The position numbers were made by a program, and so were the translations under genes. From assembly GCA_964479755.1 (NCBI GenBank), contig CAYZNI010000001.1, positions 10,171 through 74,170 of the forward strand: a DNA stretch of 64,000 bases. Reading direction: 5' to 3'. The notes under the pieces were generated by a model. The model was not told the DNA's origin, did not search any database, and was given only the letters and a program-made list of their open reading frames with translations. Source of the stretch: Candidatus Woesearchaeota archaeon (lineage in GTDB: Archaea > Nanobdellota > Nanobdellia > Pacearchaeales > GW2011-AR1). Of this stretch, positions 30,001 through 39,822 are shown in pieces (within the stretch, counting starts at the first letter, position 1; the number at the start of each line of letters is the position of its first letter).

Positions 30001-30878
30001 CGTTAATTAGTGTAAGAGACACAAGATACGGAGAGATAAAGTTTTTGCAACGGGTGAATGGAAGCGGGACGAACTTTTCAAGAGATATTTATATATCGGA
30101 CAATTTTGCAGAGGTGCGAAGTGACCTTAATGCAGGGCTGAACAAGAGCGCGAATGTTACACTTTATGGAATTGGAAATAGAGCGAATAATTTGGTAATA
30201 TTACGAAATGGAGTTTTGTGTGGAAACATTTGTTATAACTTTACCGCATTAAATGAGACAAATGTGGTATTTAATGTAAGCTATTGGACCAGCTATTCAA
30301 TTTCTTCTTTTGCGCCGGCAACATGTTCAGATGGAATCCAAAATCAGGGAGAGAGTGGAGTTGACTGCGGAGGGCCGTGTGCTGCCTGCGGTGGAGGAGG
30401 CGGAGGCGGTGGTGCCGGAGGCTCTGGAAGGGGGAGAGGGTTACCATTAAATCAAATTTGTGAACCCAACTGGAGATGCACTAATTGGGGAGCGTGTGAT
30501 GAAAATAACTTGAAGAGAAGAACCTGCTTTGACTTAAATGCGTGCAACTTAAGCACAGGGAAGCCGTATGAAGTAGAGGCGTGCCCAATTCCAGAGGATA
30601 ACTCTACGATTGACTTGAGGAATGAAAGTGCTGGAGGGGGAGCTTTCAACCCGATTTTTGCTATGTTGAGAGACAAGACTTCAACTTTGGGAGTAATGCT
30701 TGCTTTTTACTTCTTGGTTTTGATTCTCTTGATTGCATTATCTCTGAGAAGGAAATCTGCGCCTGGTGAAACTGCTAAGAAAGTTTGGGGATATGCTGGG
30801 GAAACGAGAGAGGAGTATTTTAAGAATAGCGACAGCAATTTATCGATTGGCTCACAGTTTGGAGGGCATCTGAGATGA
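27072..30878 (+). CDS. Giant cell-surface protein with right-handed parallel beta-helix (PbH1-like) repeats and a C-terminal TM anchor.
   Basis: 1268-aa ORF. N-terminal signal anchor. Many N-rich repeats (NNSLEENLAGILL, NNKLSRNKDGIYL, NNILVGNLNNGIYL). A GxDCGGxC motif occurs near both termini. A Gly run (GGGGGGGGAGGSG) precedes the C-terminal TM helix LGVMLAFYFLVLILLIAL. Confidence 0.55.
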   Translation: MSLAFCLMRKKVYALVVICVLLAAVSVYFLVKSGSKKIVPNYDSCHNGIKDGDEAGTDCGGVCEGLFQAACVKYESIAYSPPLPSVDVCGDGFCKGSESVESCLTDCKGSCGDGFCNPRTESPFSGTPGYCSSDCREEYLLTPRIWVVEQQNPSCDDNSADSGTKDKPLCTLNAASFKARGGDSIFIRGIQAYNHTVRFLNDSQNTARITVRGYPGERGVIEMGERVGGGSDSWTFEKSFPSQDGNEGYKVWSIESGLGPFVAQNLSENTSSNYPAGLVREGQQLLSRRLNLNEFETQLTSYWDKENFEAYYMDCSNGRLYVRLLESVDPNNERFYWLRGQIQISYPNVRFVDLNLRHGLEGVFLSFPAGFEIYDSLIEETSMGIGDYGSNTTVAENNTIRRIGSKQLIVPSSNAGLTGHLVAYCPSKQSWIGGYNYNRNYLEHAIYGTTIRGTQFTNNFVEMPDIEVAVAIQRNSNYSGNIIKGGVLITSGSSEFFNNIVESYRLEALEIRGGLNKIYNNIFSGSPLWTQYPIIPIINLIPGSEFRNNIIVNTALPEFETGPCIRASGGSSFNNNIYINCFNWSVKNGEVYTDYSNFGLWKNAWTNIGNDNESFISTSGEVFADFAAGNLTHKINGAAIDRGIKIRNLSFDINKNLRPYDILGVGEDGVDERIYDIGPYEFPIVFNEEISDCGTISLEGNYKLINNLFSTGICLIINADNVAIDGNGLSINGSGAINTRGIIAQGRKNLTIKNLRVYNYSSGIYLYGTNDSKIINNSLEENLAGILLVESSNRNYIKNNKLSRNKDGIYLSFSSDNKVEENLAYSNYFTGIVSDSGGGRNNFTDNNVSYNTRGFDIYLSNSNNFINNKANFNSQYGIRLQENSNGNTLVNNILVGNLNNGIYLNSSGNLIWGGLIKDSVGSALLLLDFAKNNLFRSVEIQNTSRSYFDLKIESSGADGNVFEDIRIMNYTFGSSGSLISVRDTRYGEIKFLQRVNGSGTNFSRDIYISDNFAEVRSDLNAGLNKSANVTLYGIGNRANNLVILRNGVLCGNICYNFTALNETNVVFNVSYWTSYSISSFAPATCSDGIQNQGESGVDCGGPCAACGGGGGGGGAGGSGRGRGLPLNQICEPNWRCTNWGACDENNLKRRTCFDLNACNLSTGKPYEVEACPIPEDNSTIDLRNESAGGGAFNPIFAMLRDKTSTLGVMLAFYFLVLILLIALSLRRKSAPGETAKKVWGYAGETREEYFKNSDSNLSIGSQFGGHLR

Positions 30879-31226
30879 TTAAAAAATTATTTTTGGTAAA
30901 AAGAAAATAATATTATCAGTACTATAACTGTGTTTCAATTAAGAAAAAATCAAATATTTTTAAAAATTATAACAGAAAAAAATCAAATCAGAAAAAATGT
31001 AGTTACAAAATTATTATGGAGATATTGTAGTTAGTTTTTTTTAGATGAGTGGGCTGAAAAGAACTTTTGCGGTAAGCCCGAAGAGTAGCAAAATACTGAA
31101 GAAGGCAATTAGACCGAGGAGAATCCAGATAGTGATTACTTTTGCGCGACTTGCCTGCTTCACTCTTTTTTTCATACTATACTTGAGGGAAGTAATTATT
31201 TAAAATTAACTGAAACTGTTATATTG

Positions 31227-31334
31227 ATGCTAGTTGAAATGACTTTAGCGTTAATAGTTGGCATCATTTTAGGAAGTTTCAGCGGCAAACACGACACCAG
31301 TTTTCCAATAAAAACTCTCTTTTTCTAAAAAGCG
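31227..31334 (+). pseudogene. 35-codon fragment that mimics the N-terminus of the DUF112-like membrane-protein gene at 45648; putative att-associated displaced gene end.
   Basis: MLVEMTLALIVGIILGSFSG versus MIIELIIALLLGVTIGCFSG at 45648: 9 of 20 residues identical and the rest conservative. The fragment diverges and stops after 35 codons. Confidence 0.4.
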
Positions 31335-31376
31335 TAATCATTACGCTACAAATCATTTAAAATAGGAAAACTGAAA

Positions 31377-31862
31377 ATGTATATGGGAAGAGATAAAAAT
31401 AATCCGAGTATCATCTACATAAATTATCAGATAAGAAGTAATGGAAAAAAGATTAACATATTTGATAGGGTTAATCAGATAAAAACGGACATCAAAGTGC
31501 TTCTTCCTGAAATTGAGGATGATAAGTTGATTGGTATGTTCTCTCACATGAGAAGATATTACGAGGGGAAATTACATTATGGAAGAAGAACCAATCCAGA
31601 AAATTGGGATAAGAAACAAGATTTAACCGAAGCTGAAAGATTAATCTATGACTATCTTCTTAAAAATAAATTGAATCCTTCTACAACTTATAGGTGGATG
31701 CTGACCTGTAGAGTGCCTTCAGACATCAAAAGCAAGCTCATGGAAGGGAGATTATCATACAAGAAAGCTCTTTGGATAGCTTCAAACAGAAAGAGACAGA
31801 GAGAAAGCAATACGGGGCTTCTAATGATGGAAGAAATAAACAATATAGTAGCGAGCTTATAA
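31377..31862 (+). CDS. Hypothetical protein, possibly an N-terminal (core-binding) module of the adjacent integrase in another frame.
   Basis: 161-aa ORF. Its stop abuts the integrase start (taaaatg). Confidence 0.35.
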   Translation: MYMGRDKNNPSIIYINYQIRSNGKKINIFDRVNQIKTDIKVLLPEIEDDKLIGMFSHMRRYYEGKLHYGRRTNPENWDKKQDLTEAERLIYDYLLKNKLNPSTTYRWMLTCRVPSDIKSKLMEGRLSYKKALWIASNRKRQRESNTGLLMMEEINNIVASL

Positions 31863-31863
31863 A

Positions 31864-32751
31864 ATGGGAAATAAAAACAAACTGCCAGATATGCTAAGAA
31901 AAGAACAACTTGTAAAGCTGTTTGAATCTATAGACAGACCAAAATGTTCTATCGCTTGTTTTATTGCCTTGATGTGTGGATTAAGAGTTAATGAAGTTTG
32001 TAAACTTGAAATAACAAACATAGACTTAGAGAGAAGGATTCTCAAAATAAAGGATAGCAAAGACCCAAATAGAAAGAAGCATGGTGGATATGGAAAAGAC
32101 AGAATCGTGCCCATCCCAGAAATTGCAGTTTCTCCAATAAAAAAGTGGCTTGATATAATTCAAGGTGGAAAATGGTTTTTACCTTCTATGAAAAGCCCAG
32201 ACTTGCATTTAATGAAAAAAACACTGCACGAATGGTTTAGACAAGCAAGAAAGAGAGCAAATTTAGATGAAGTAGATTATGTTGTGAAATACAAAAAGAA
32301 AACATTACATAGAGAAAGCAGTCCAGTCTATAAAATAAGATTTCATCATTTCAGGCATTTCTATGCAACTTATGTTTATGAGAAAACCAGAGACCTCTAT
32401 GCCGTCGCTGATTTGCTTGGGCACAATCAAGTTACAACTACCCAAATTTATGCCAAGATTTCAGATAAAACCAAGAGGGAAACTATTGATTTTGCATTTA
32501 ATACGCCAATCAAAACAAGGATTTTCCAAGACAATCCTATCAATGCTCTCAACTACAAAATCCCAACTATCGCAAAGCAAAGAGAGAAATCTCCTATAGA
32601 AATCCTTGAAGAAAGATTCGCCAAAGGTGAGATTTCAGCAATAGACTTTCAAACAGCATTAAGATTGTTAAAAGTAAGAAAAGATTATCTTAGCGAAGAT
32701 AAAGACTCAGAAGAACCAAAGGAAAAAGAGATTGAAAACAGAGAAAATTGA
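31864..32751 (+). CDS. Tyrosine site-specific recombinase/integrase.
   Basis: Catalytic signature R...HxxR...H...Y: GLRVNEV, RFHHFRHFYATYV, LLGHNQVTTTQIYAKI. Confidence 0.8.
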   Translation: MGNKNKLPDMLRKEQLVKLFESIDRPKCSIACFIALMCGLRVNEVCKLEITNIDLERRILKIKDSKDPNRKKHGGYGKDRIVPIPEIAVSPIKKWLDIIQGGKWFLPSMKSPDLHLMKKTLHEWFRQARKRANLDEVDYVVKYKKKTLHRESSPVYKIRFHHFRHFYATYVYEKTRDLYAVADLLGHNQVTTTQIYAKISDKTKRETIDFAFNTPIKTRIFQDNPINALNYKIPTIAKQREKSPIEILEERFAKGEISAIDFQTALRLLKVRKDYLSEDKDSEEPKEKEIENREN

Positions 32752-32772
32752 ATTATTATTCAATTTACTGAA

Positions 32773-35700
32773 TTAAACCGCAGTAAAGACCACATTTCTG
32801 AAAACAGCATTTCCTGCGTCATCGGTAATTCTAATATTCAAATTATGATTTCCATCTCTGAAATAAATCTTCTTGTAACAGTTTCCGTTTTTCAGACTTG
32901 TGCACATTGAGTTCCATCTCGGTCTTGAGTCAGAATTGTCATAATACTCAACTTTATTGAAGTTTAATTCATTAATAGTCATATTGAAATAAGCATAGTT
33001 TCCGATTGTCCAATTAGTAAATTGAAGAACTTGAGGCGAAGTTGTATCAACCCTAATCCTTGTTGGTCTTGATTCGTCTTTATTTCCTGCAACATCTATA
33101 ATTGTGAATTGATATTCTACTTCTTTACCGTCAAATGAACTTATGTCCTGAGAGATAAATTTCTCAACATTTCTACCATTAGAACATTTGTTTGAGTTTA
33201 CAATAGTGCTCTGATTACTTCTAATTGTCAGATTCAAAACTACACAATTATCTTCGGTGTATTTAATGTAAAAGTCGCTCCCATTAGTATAGCCTCTACT
33301 TTGAGGTTTTGTTGTAGATATTTGAGGGTCTTTGCTGTCTATAAATAATTCGGTTTGATTAGTTACATTCTTTCCGCTTGGTAATATTCCCCTAAAGAAT
33401 AATACATGATTTCCATCACCTAATGTTTTCTTTTGTGCATACTTATTACAATTAGTGCATAATGAGGATTCTCTTCCCCCATTATCTGAATAAACCAATT
33501 TAACGAATTTATCTTGAGAGCTAAGATTAAACATAACACTTCTTTCATTGTATATTCCTGAATCGGGATTAATCAAGACTAAAGAAGGATTTACTACTGA
33601 GCAAGATTCTACTGCACGATATTCATAAACTGTCTTATTTGGAATCTCCCCGCAGTTATTAAAGTCTGATTGAACTAAGAACCTTGATTGATTCATAAAA
33701 TTATTTTGTAAGCAAGAAATATTCAACCAGTTGCTCCAAGAGGTATTCGCCATCTGGGGCTTACAGAAATCGCAAGTCTGATTTCTAAATTCCCAATAGG
33801 TTTTATTTAATCCATTATTCCAAAGGTCAGAAGACAAATTAGTGACTGTAAAACAGGTGCTATAATTAGAATCATACCCGGTTTTACTTCTATTTTGAAT
33901 GTAATAATCTCCAACTAAGCAAGAGGTTTGATTCTGCCATGTGCTCATAGTGGTGTTAACAATTTGAGGATTACAAAAATTGCAAGTTTCACTTGTTTGG
34001 TATTCAATAAAAGACTGATTTTGTATTAAACCACAATTATTAGAATCATATTGAATCCAATCCCGACTTTGATTAAGTTTATCGTTGATTAAGCAACTTA
34101 TATTTAACCAAGAAGATTTAGTAGTATTCTGCAAGAGCTGGTCACAAATAGCATTCTTTGTTTCAAGACTCACTAATGCTCCACTGCTCCAACAAATCTT
34201 AGTCCCCGAAGAGGTAGTTGTGCAACTTCCTTTGTTTAAATTGAAACCATTGTATACTATCTCCTTAAATTCATTTGTTTGTGAACAAGTAGGGACTATA
34301 TTTCCTGGGTCATTACAAACATCAGGGGTTTTTAGCTCAAGAGTTTTATTATCTAAATCTAAAATCCTGACATCATTTGAAGTTTGAGAAAATTGAGGGT
34401 CATACCTTATGCCTTCAGGTAAATCAGTAGGCAAGTTAATTGTATAGTTATATCTGATACACATTCCACCACAAGAAGAGGTCTTAATAGAAGAAGTAAA
34501 ATTTGTCTTGTTGATTGGTATGGTAGAATTTACAGGACTCCAACTTATTTCTTTCATAGTTGTTTGTGCTCCTTTAATTTCTATCTCAGAAGGATTTTTT
34601 TCTCCATTTATGTATATCTCATAATTTCCCTTAGGAAAAGTTAAACCATATTTCTGATTGTTATAATCTTGAGTGGGGTAATACATACTAAGATTATTAT
34701 CGCTAAAATAAAACCAATTATTTGTTTCAGAATTATGTCTTGAATCTTTGAATTTTGTAAGACCATAATAAATGTTGCTAACTTTATTTTTTAGTTTAAC
34801 TTCTCCAGCTGACTGGTTAGAATTAATTTTAAGGACAACACTGCCCCTACTAAAAACATTACTACTGGAATTTTGAGGGTCAATATAGAAATCTCCGCTA
34901 TCCAAATTAGATTTTATTACTTGAACACTATTTCCCCTAATAAAATCATCAATGATGTCTACTTCTTTGTGAACATCAACAGTGAAGAAACCTGTAAAAT
35001 CATTCCCTTTCTCATTTGCGTGGTTATAATCGTTTAAAATTACCAGTGGAATATTTTTATCAAGCAAACTTGCACTTGAAACCGCAACAAGCCCGTCATT
35101 ACCTGCTCCAGAATCTCCAGAATTAGATTCTTTAGTCTCATCAGGAACGCAAGGAATCCCTTGATTACCCGTTATTGCTAAGTAGCTTATTTGATTACTT
35201 AATGAATTTTTATTCAACAACCAAGTAAACTCACTTCCAACAGCGAGGTCAAGATATGCTTGAGCATATTCATCATCAGGAGTTATGCCCAACAGATTGG
35301 CAAGCCAGTTACAACCATAACTCGCTGGAGCAATGTCCATTAAAACTCTATTTGCTGAAAAAGAACCATGTAATGGTGAAGCAACAATAACATATTTTCT
35401 GATGTTATTATCGTATGGAATAGACGCTCCCCCAGAGCTCTTACCAAGACCTTCAATATATCCCAAAGTAACAAACCCCCCCATACTATGGGAGATAACA
35501 TCTAACTTAGAAACAGAATAATAACTAAGAACAATATTAATTTCATTCTTTAATAGTCCTGCCGTCATAAAATTGCTCGCATTTGCAGGGATATAATAAA
35601 GCTCCCAAACATCATAGTTATAATCTCCTAACTTTGAAGGGATATTATTCCAATAACCCCATGTAGAAGTGTCTCCAGTGTCTATTCCATCGCTTCCATG

Positions 35701-36603
35701 CAATCCATGAATCAGTAAGACGGGAGTTCTCTGAGAATTAAGTGAGTAATAACCCATGACTGCCGTTGGATATGTTGAATAATCTATTTCATAAGATTCT
35801 GGATATGAAGAGGCAGAAAAAGCTCTCATAGCCCTATTATTTGGTTGATACTCTTTAACATAACCTTCTACAAATCTTAGTTTTTCATCGGGCATTAATT
35901 GATATTCATTGCCGTATACTGAATAGAATAAATTTGGTTTAGAATCAACATTAGACCAGTATTCTACTGAAAATGTATAATTCCCCTTTTCTAAAAAAGA
36001 ATTGAAGGTATTGTTATATGAAATATTTGAGTCCATATTATCAAACATTGTCTTATTATTCATCAAAACTTTAGCCCTCCCAGTAATGTTCAAAAAGAAA
36101 GAGTAATTCGCATTGTCATCAATTACAATTTCACCAGTCCAAGAAACAAATCTGTCAGTAGAACTTAATATGAGTTCTTTTGGAACTTCAGGTGTCTTTA
36201 ATTCAGCATGCTTGGCACTTGTCTTTTCTGTTAAATAAATATTAATTAAACTATTTTTCTTAAAATCAGCATTTTTACTATCTATTTCCGATATTAAATT
36301 TGAATCCTTTTCAATCTCTGTTCTATAAATAACTCTCTTTGGAATGAGATTACATCCTTCAAAACAAAATAATTCAGTATTCAGGTCTATTGTTGAAGGT
36401 TGACTACTTCTAATATCCCTTACTATTTTTTCTCCAGTATTAAATTGATAAGATAAAACCAAATTCTCTCCAGACAATTTACTAAATGTTCCATTATTAT
36501 CTTTAACAAGATTCACAGTAGTATCAAAACTTGCACTTACAAAAGAAACATTCAAAATAACAATGAGTCCAAAAACCATAAGGAGGAGATTATAGAGCTT
36601 CAT
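32773..36603 (-). CDS. Giant secreted protein with an alpha/beta-hydrolase (lipase/esterase-like) module.
   Basis: 1276-aa ORF with a Sec signal peptide. GxSxG nucleophile elbow VISHSMGGFV. Many Cys and N-glycosylation sequons. Confidence 0.5.
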   Translation of the reverse strand: MKLYNLLLMVFGLIVILNVSFVSASFDTTVNLVKDNNGTFSKLSGENLVLSYQFNTGEKIVRDIRSSQPSTIDLNTELFCFEGCNLIPKRVIYRTEIEKDSNLISEIDSKNADFKKNSLINIYLTEKTSAKHAELKTPEVPKELILSSTDRFVSWTGEIVIDDNANYSFFLNITGRAKVLMNNKTMFDNMDSNISYNNTFNSFLEKGNYTFSVEYWSNVDSKPNLFYSVYGNEYQLMPDEKLRFVEGYVKEYQPNNRAMRAFSASSYPESYEIDYSTYPTAVMGYYSLNSQRTPVLLIHGLHGSDGIDTGDTSTWGYWNNIPSKLGDYNYDVWELYYIPANASNFMTAGLLKNEINIVLSYYSVSKLDVISHSMGGFVTLGYIEGLGKSSGGASIPYDNNIRKYVIVASPLHGSFSANRVLMDIAPASYGCNWLANLLGITPDDEYAQAYLDLAVGSEFTWLLNKNSLSNQISYLAITGNQGIPCVPDETKESNSGDSGAGNDGLVAVSSASLLDKNIPLVILNDYNHANEKGNDFTGFFTVDVHKEVDIIDDFIRGNSVQVIKSNLDSGDFYIDPQNSSSNVFSRGSVVLKINSNQSAGEVKLKNKVSNIYYGLTKFKDSRHNSETNNWFYFSDNNLSMYYPTQDYNNQKYGLTFPKGNYEIYINGEKNPSEIEIKGAQTTMKEISWSPVNSTIPINKTNFTSSIKTSSCGGMCIRYNYTINLPTDLPEGIRYDPQFSQTSNDVRILDLDNKTLELKTPDVCNDPGNIVPTCSQTNEFKEIVYNGFNLNKGSCTTTSSGTKICWSSGALVSLETKNAICDQLLQNTTKSSWLNISCLINDKLNQSRDWIQYDSNNCGLIQNQSFIEYQTSETCNFCNPQIVNTTMSTWQNQTSCLVGDYYIQNRSKTGYDSNYSTCFTVTNLSSDLWNNGLNKTYWEFRNQTCDFCKPQMANTSWSNWLNISCLQNNFMNQSRFLVQSDFNNCGEIPNKTVYEYRAVESCSVVNPSLVLINPDSGIYNERSVMFNLSSQDKFVKLVYSDNGGRESSLCTNCNKYAQKKTLGDGNHVLFFRGILPSGKNVTNQTELFIDSKDPQISTTKPQSRGYTNGSDFYIKYTEDNCVVLNLTIRSNQSTIVNSNKCSNGRNVEKFISQDISSFDGKEVEYQFTIIDVAGNKDESRPTRIRVDTTSPQVLQFTNWTIGNYAYFNMTINELNFNKVEYYDNSDSRPRWNSMCTSLKNGNCYKKIYFRDGNHNLNIRITDDAGNAVFRNVVFTAV

Positions 36604-36908
36604 TTTTGTTTCCTTGAAAAGAGTTTAGCAATAAAATAGACTAACAAAAAATAAATCAAAGAATTAAGCAAAATTGCTATAATAGAAAGTCCAATATTTT
36701 TATAGATTGCGTCCGTATGAACTACTAAGTAAAGTAAAAGAGCACTTGGAAAATTTATCAAAACAAACAAAATATTTGTTGTACATACTGAACCAAAAAA
36801 TCCTCCTGCAAATTGAACAATCCTGCAAGGCAAAATTAAGAATATAACGGATAAAATAATGAATAGAATTACAAAAATTAAAGATATTCTTGCACTTGTC
36901 TTTTCCAT
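36600..36908 (-). CDS. Small membrane protein.
   Basis: 102-aa ORF with three hydrophobic helices. It overlaps the upstream giant gene by 4 nt. Confidence 0.4.
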   Translation of the reverse strand: MEKTSARISLIFVILFIILSVIFLILPCRIVQFAGGFFGSVCTTNILFVLINFPSALLLYLVVHTDAIYKNIGLSIIAILLNSLIYFLLVYFIAKLFSRKQK

Positions 36909-36974
36909 ATAATTACCATATTATTGATAATTATAAAGCTATCTGCAAAAAAGATGTTCGCTTTAAGTAGTAAA

Positions 36975-37241
36975 TCAAAGTGTAGAAACTTTTGATAATA
37001 TTTTCTTTCCGTAAGGGGTTATAACATATAACTTACCCTTATTAGCATCGGGAGTTAAACATTCAACAAATTTCTTTGCTTCTAATTCTGCCAATGCTCT
37101 ACTGATATGTGCAATGTTAATGTTTATTTCTTTGCTTAATTTAGAAGGGGTTTGAGGAAAAACTAACTTCTCTAAAACCTTTTTCCTATATTCGCTTGAA
37201 ATTATAAAACTTACATCTTGCCAATTTATTTCCTTATCCAT
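36975..37241 (-). CDS. Winged-helix DNA-binding protein.
   Basis: 88-aa ORF with a helix-turn-helix and beta-wing pattern: INIAHISRALAELEAKKFVECL...GKLYVITPYG. Confidence 0.45.
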   Translation of the reverse strand: MDKEINWQDVSFIISSEYRKKVLEKLVFPQTPSKLSKEININIAHISRALAELEAKKFVECLTPDANKGKLYVITPYGKKILSKVSTL

Positions 37242-37316
37242 ACCTTAAAATGACGAAAAGCTTATATAGGGGTATTTACCATATTGTTACCATATAATTA
37301 AGACAGCTTTGACAAA

Positions 37317-38039
37317 ATGGCTAAGAAAACAGAAAATAATAAGGAAATCTCCCCTGTCAAAAAGAGTTCTAAAGGAATTTATATCTTAGTAGGGATAATC
37401 GCTGTAGTTGTAATAGTTTTGTTAATTGCTTTTCTAAATAGCAGTTCAATGACTGGCAATGTTATAAATACCAATTCCGAAGCTGGACAAAATCAAGAAG
37501 TAAAACAAACATGCAAGGATGTTCAAGTTCCATACGATTATCTTGAAGAATATCAAGAAACCGTTCCTTATACAGATACTGTTTGTGATGCTAAGGTCTT
37601 AGTATACAGCAGAGGCAGTTTTGATTTGGTTTCCTCTGTATGTAACCAACAGGTAGAAGAATGCCAAAAATATGTTCTTGGTTTTTGCACAAGCAAAATT
37701 ACTTATTGCACAGATAGAACCATAACTTGTTCTTTAGGTATTAACAACCTTGATGACGAAAGAGGAATTTGGCAGGTTAATTTCAATTTCTTTAAATCAG
37801 GCTCAAGTAATGTAGAAGCAACAGCTTCTCAGTCTCGTGGACTTGACCCGCACTCATCTGGAACTGCTATCGGTCAAGGAGAAATTACTTCAAAAGAGTT
37901 ATATGACACCCAATACACTTGTAGTTATGTCATTAGTAATGAACCTACAAAGCAAGTTTGTAGAGATGTTACAAAATACAAAGAAGTTACAAAAACAAGG
38001 ACAGTAACACGGTATAGAACTGAAAATAAGTGCGAATAA
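37317..38039 (+). CDS. Membrane-anchored cysteine-rich protein.
   Basis: 240-aa ORF with an N-terminal TM helix and multiple Cys residues in the ectodomain. Confidence 0.4.
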   Translation: MAKKTENNKEISPVKKSSKGIYILVGIIAVVVIVLLIAFLNSSSMTGNVINTNSEAGQNQEVKQTCKDVQVPYDYLEEYQETVPYTDTVCDAKVLVYSRGSFDLVSSVCNQQVEECQKYVLGFCTSKITYCTDRTITCSLGINNLDDERGIWQVNFNFFKSGSSNVEATASQSRGLDPHSSGTAIGQGEITSKELYDTQYTCSYVISNEPTKQVCRDVTKYKEVTKTRTVTRYRTENKCE

Positions 38040-38105
38040 ATTCTTAGCCCTATTAGGCTACATTTGAGCTACAAGCGTTAAAAATAAGTCTCCTCTTTTT
38101 AGTCT

Positions 38106-38582
38106 ATGAGAACTAAGGGAGCAAGAGATACAAAAAAGAGAAAGGCAAGAAAAGATAGAAAATATAAGTATAGATATAAAAGAGGAAAATTTCAACCTTA
38201 CTTTCCAAAGAGAAATAGAAGCGACCCTGTAAAGATATGGTGGTGGTCAATAGAACCAATGAGTAAAGATGCCTATAAAAGATTCCCACCACATCTAAGA
38301 GCGATTATTAGAAAAACCGTTTTTAAAAAATCTATTAGAGTAGATGTCTTGCCAATAAAGTTATCAAACAAGAGAGAGATTGAAGACCTTGCTCTTGACA
38401 CATTAGGAACAACAGGATATTTCTATTTGATGATGTTTTGTAAAAGAAAAAATCAATTTGGAGTTAGCCCTGTAAAAACTGCAAGTGTTATGATAACAGA
38501 CTCCCCAGAAGGACTAAAGGCAAAATTCATACAAAATTTTAGACTCTATCGTTACTGGTTTTGGGAGGAGAGAAGAAAATGA
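38106..38582 (+). CDS. Highly basic hypothetical protein.
   Basis: 158-aa ORF with a K/R-rich N-terminus (KKRKARKDRKYKYRYKRGK). Confidence 0.3.
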   Translation: MRTKGARDTKKRKARKDRKYKYRYKRGKFQPYFPKRNRSDPVKIWWWSIEPMSKDAYKRFPPHLRAIIRKTVFKKSIRVDVLPIKLSNKREIEDLALDTLGTTGYFYLMMFCKRKNQFGVSPVKTASVMITDSPEGLKAKFIQNFRLYRYWFWEERRK

Positions 38583-39295
38583 AATCTTGCATATATTGCC
38601 GTGTTTCTGTTGATGATGTGAAAAATCCAAGAGATTCAATAAAAACTCAAGAGAAGGTATGTAGAGAAAGAGCAAAAGAAAAAGGTGACGAAGTTATAGA
38701 AGTTTATCAAGACATCAATAAAAGCGGAGGCTCTCTTAACAGACCTCAATTAAGGAGATTAATTGAAGATGCAAGACAAGACAAATTTTCAGCAGTTTAT
38801 ATTATGAATTTTAGCAGATTAAGCAGAAAAATCAAAGACCAAGAAACTCTTATTGATGAAATGGAAAAATTAGGTATTAAATTTATTTCAGCAGACGGAA
38901 CAGAGGATAAAACCATAAGACAAATTACTGGAGTGATGAACGAATATCAAAGAGATTTCTTTAGAAAACAAACAGAAATTGAGCATCAAACAAGATTAAA
39001 AGAAAAGATTGCCTTGAACAGACCCCCAACAGGATATAAAATTGACAGCAAAGAAAAATATTTTATTATTGACAAAAAGAAAGCTGAGCTGATAAAAAGA
39101 ATTTTTGAACTAAGGCTTCAAGGAAAAGAAATAAAAGATATTGCTAAAGAAACAAAAATCTCTTTTCAAACAGTAAAAAATATTCTACAGAACAAAACTT
39201 ATATTGGGTTTAACAAATATAGAAATGAGTGGATTGAAGGAAAGCATCAAGCAATAATCACTAAGGAGGTTTTTGAAAAATGTCAAAGAATCTAA
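38579..39295 (+). CDS. Serine recombinase (resolvase/invertase family).
   Basis: N-terminal catalytic motif MKSCIYCRVSVDD. Also GGSLNRPQLRRLIEDA and NFSRLSRK. The ORF track begins at a TTG at 38561; the ATG at 38579 is preferred. Confidence 0.7.
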   Translation: MKSCIYCRVSVDDVKNPRDSIKTQEKVCRERAKEKGDEVIEVYQDINKSGGSLNRPQLRRLIEDARQDKFSAVYIMNFSRLSRKIKDQETLIDEMEKLGIKFISADGTEDKTIRQITGVMNEYQRDFFRKQTEIEHQTRLKEKIALNRPPTGYKIDSKEKYFIIDKKKAELIKRIFELRLQGKEIKDIAKETKISFQTVKNILQNKTYIGFNKYRNEWIEGKHQAIITKEVFEKCQRI

Positions 39296-39822
39296 TTTCT
39301 TCTCCCCCAAGCATTTATCAGCTATATCTTAGAAAGCTGGGAGCTTTTGGAAGTTCTATATTTGGAAATGATTTATACTTCTTAAAAGAATTTGTTGATT
39401 TGGGAATCCAAGACTTCGGAGAGGAAAGAGTTATAGAAATGTTGAGAAATGACAATAGTCCAAATAGCAAAAGATGTAAAGAAATCGCTGAAAATTGGGA
39501 GGATGTTAAAAGAGATTTTAGGATATTTGATATTCGTTTAACAAGAGCAAAAGGATTTTATGATAAAATAGAGAAAAAAGATTTTTCAAAGATAAATGAT
39601 AAAGATGTAGAAGAGTTTATGGGATATTCAAAAAGGATTTCTTTTATAAAAGAAGATATTTACACCTTAGCAATTTTTCTGATAAGAAATAGCCCATTAC
39701 AAAAACAAACAATTCCGAGCGAAGCATGGAAAGTCTTAGAACACTCTGGACTTAAAAAATTAGAATCGGGGAATAAAACACCTCAGCCACTAAACACTGA
39801 ATCTTCAGGAGGAGAAAATTGA
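39280..39822 (+). CDS. Hypothetical protein carried by the element.
   Basis: 180-aa ORF that overlaps its neighbours. Confidence 0.3.
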   Translation: MSKNLISSPPSIYQLYLRKLGAFGSSIFGNDLYFLKEFVDLGIQDFGEERVIEMLRNDNSPNSKRCKEIAENWEDVKRDFRIFDIRLTRAKGFYDKIEKKDFSKINDKDVEEFMGYSKRISFIKEDIYTLAIFLIRNSPLQKQTIPSEAWKVLEHSGLKKLESGNKTPQPLNTESSGGEN

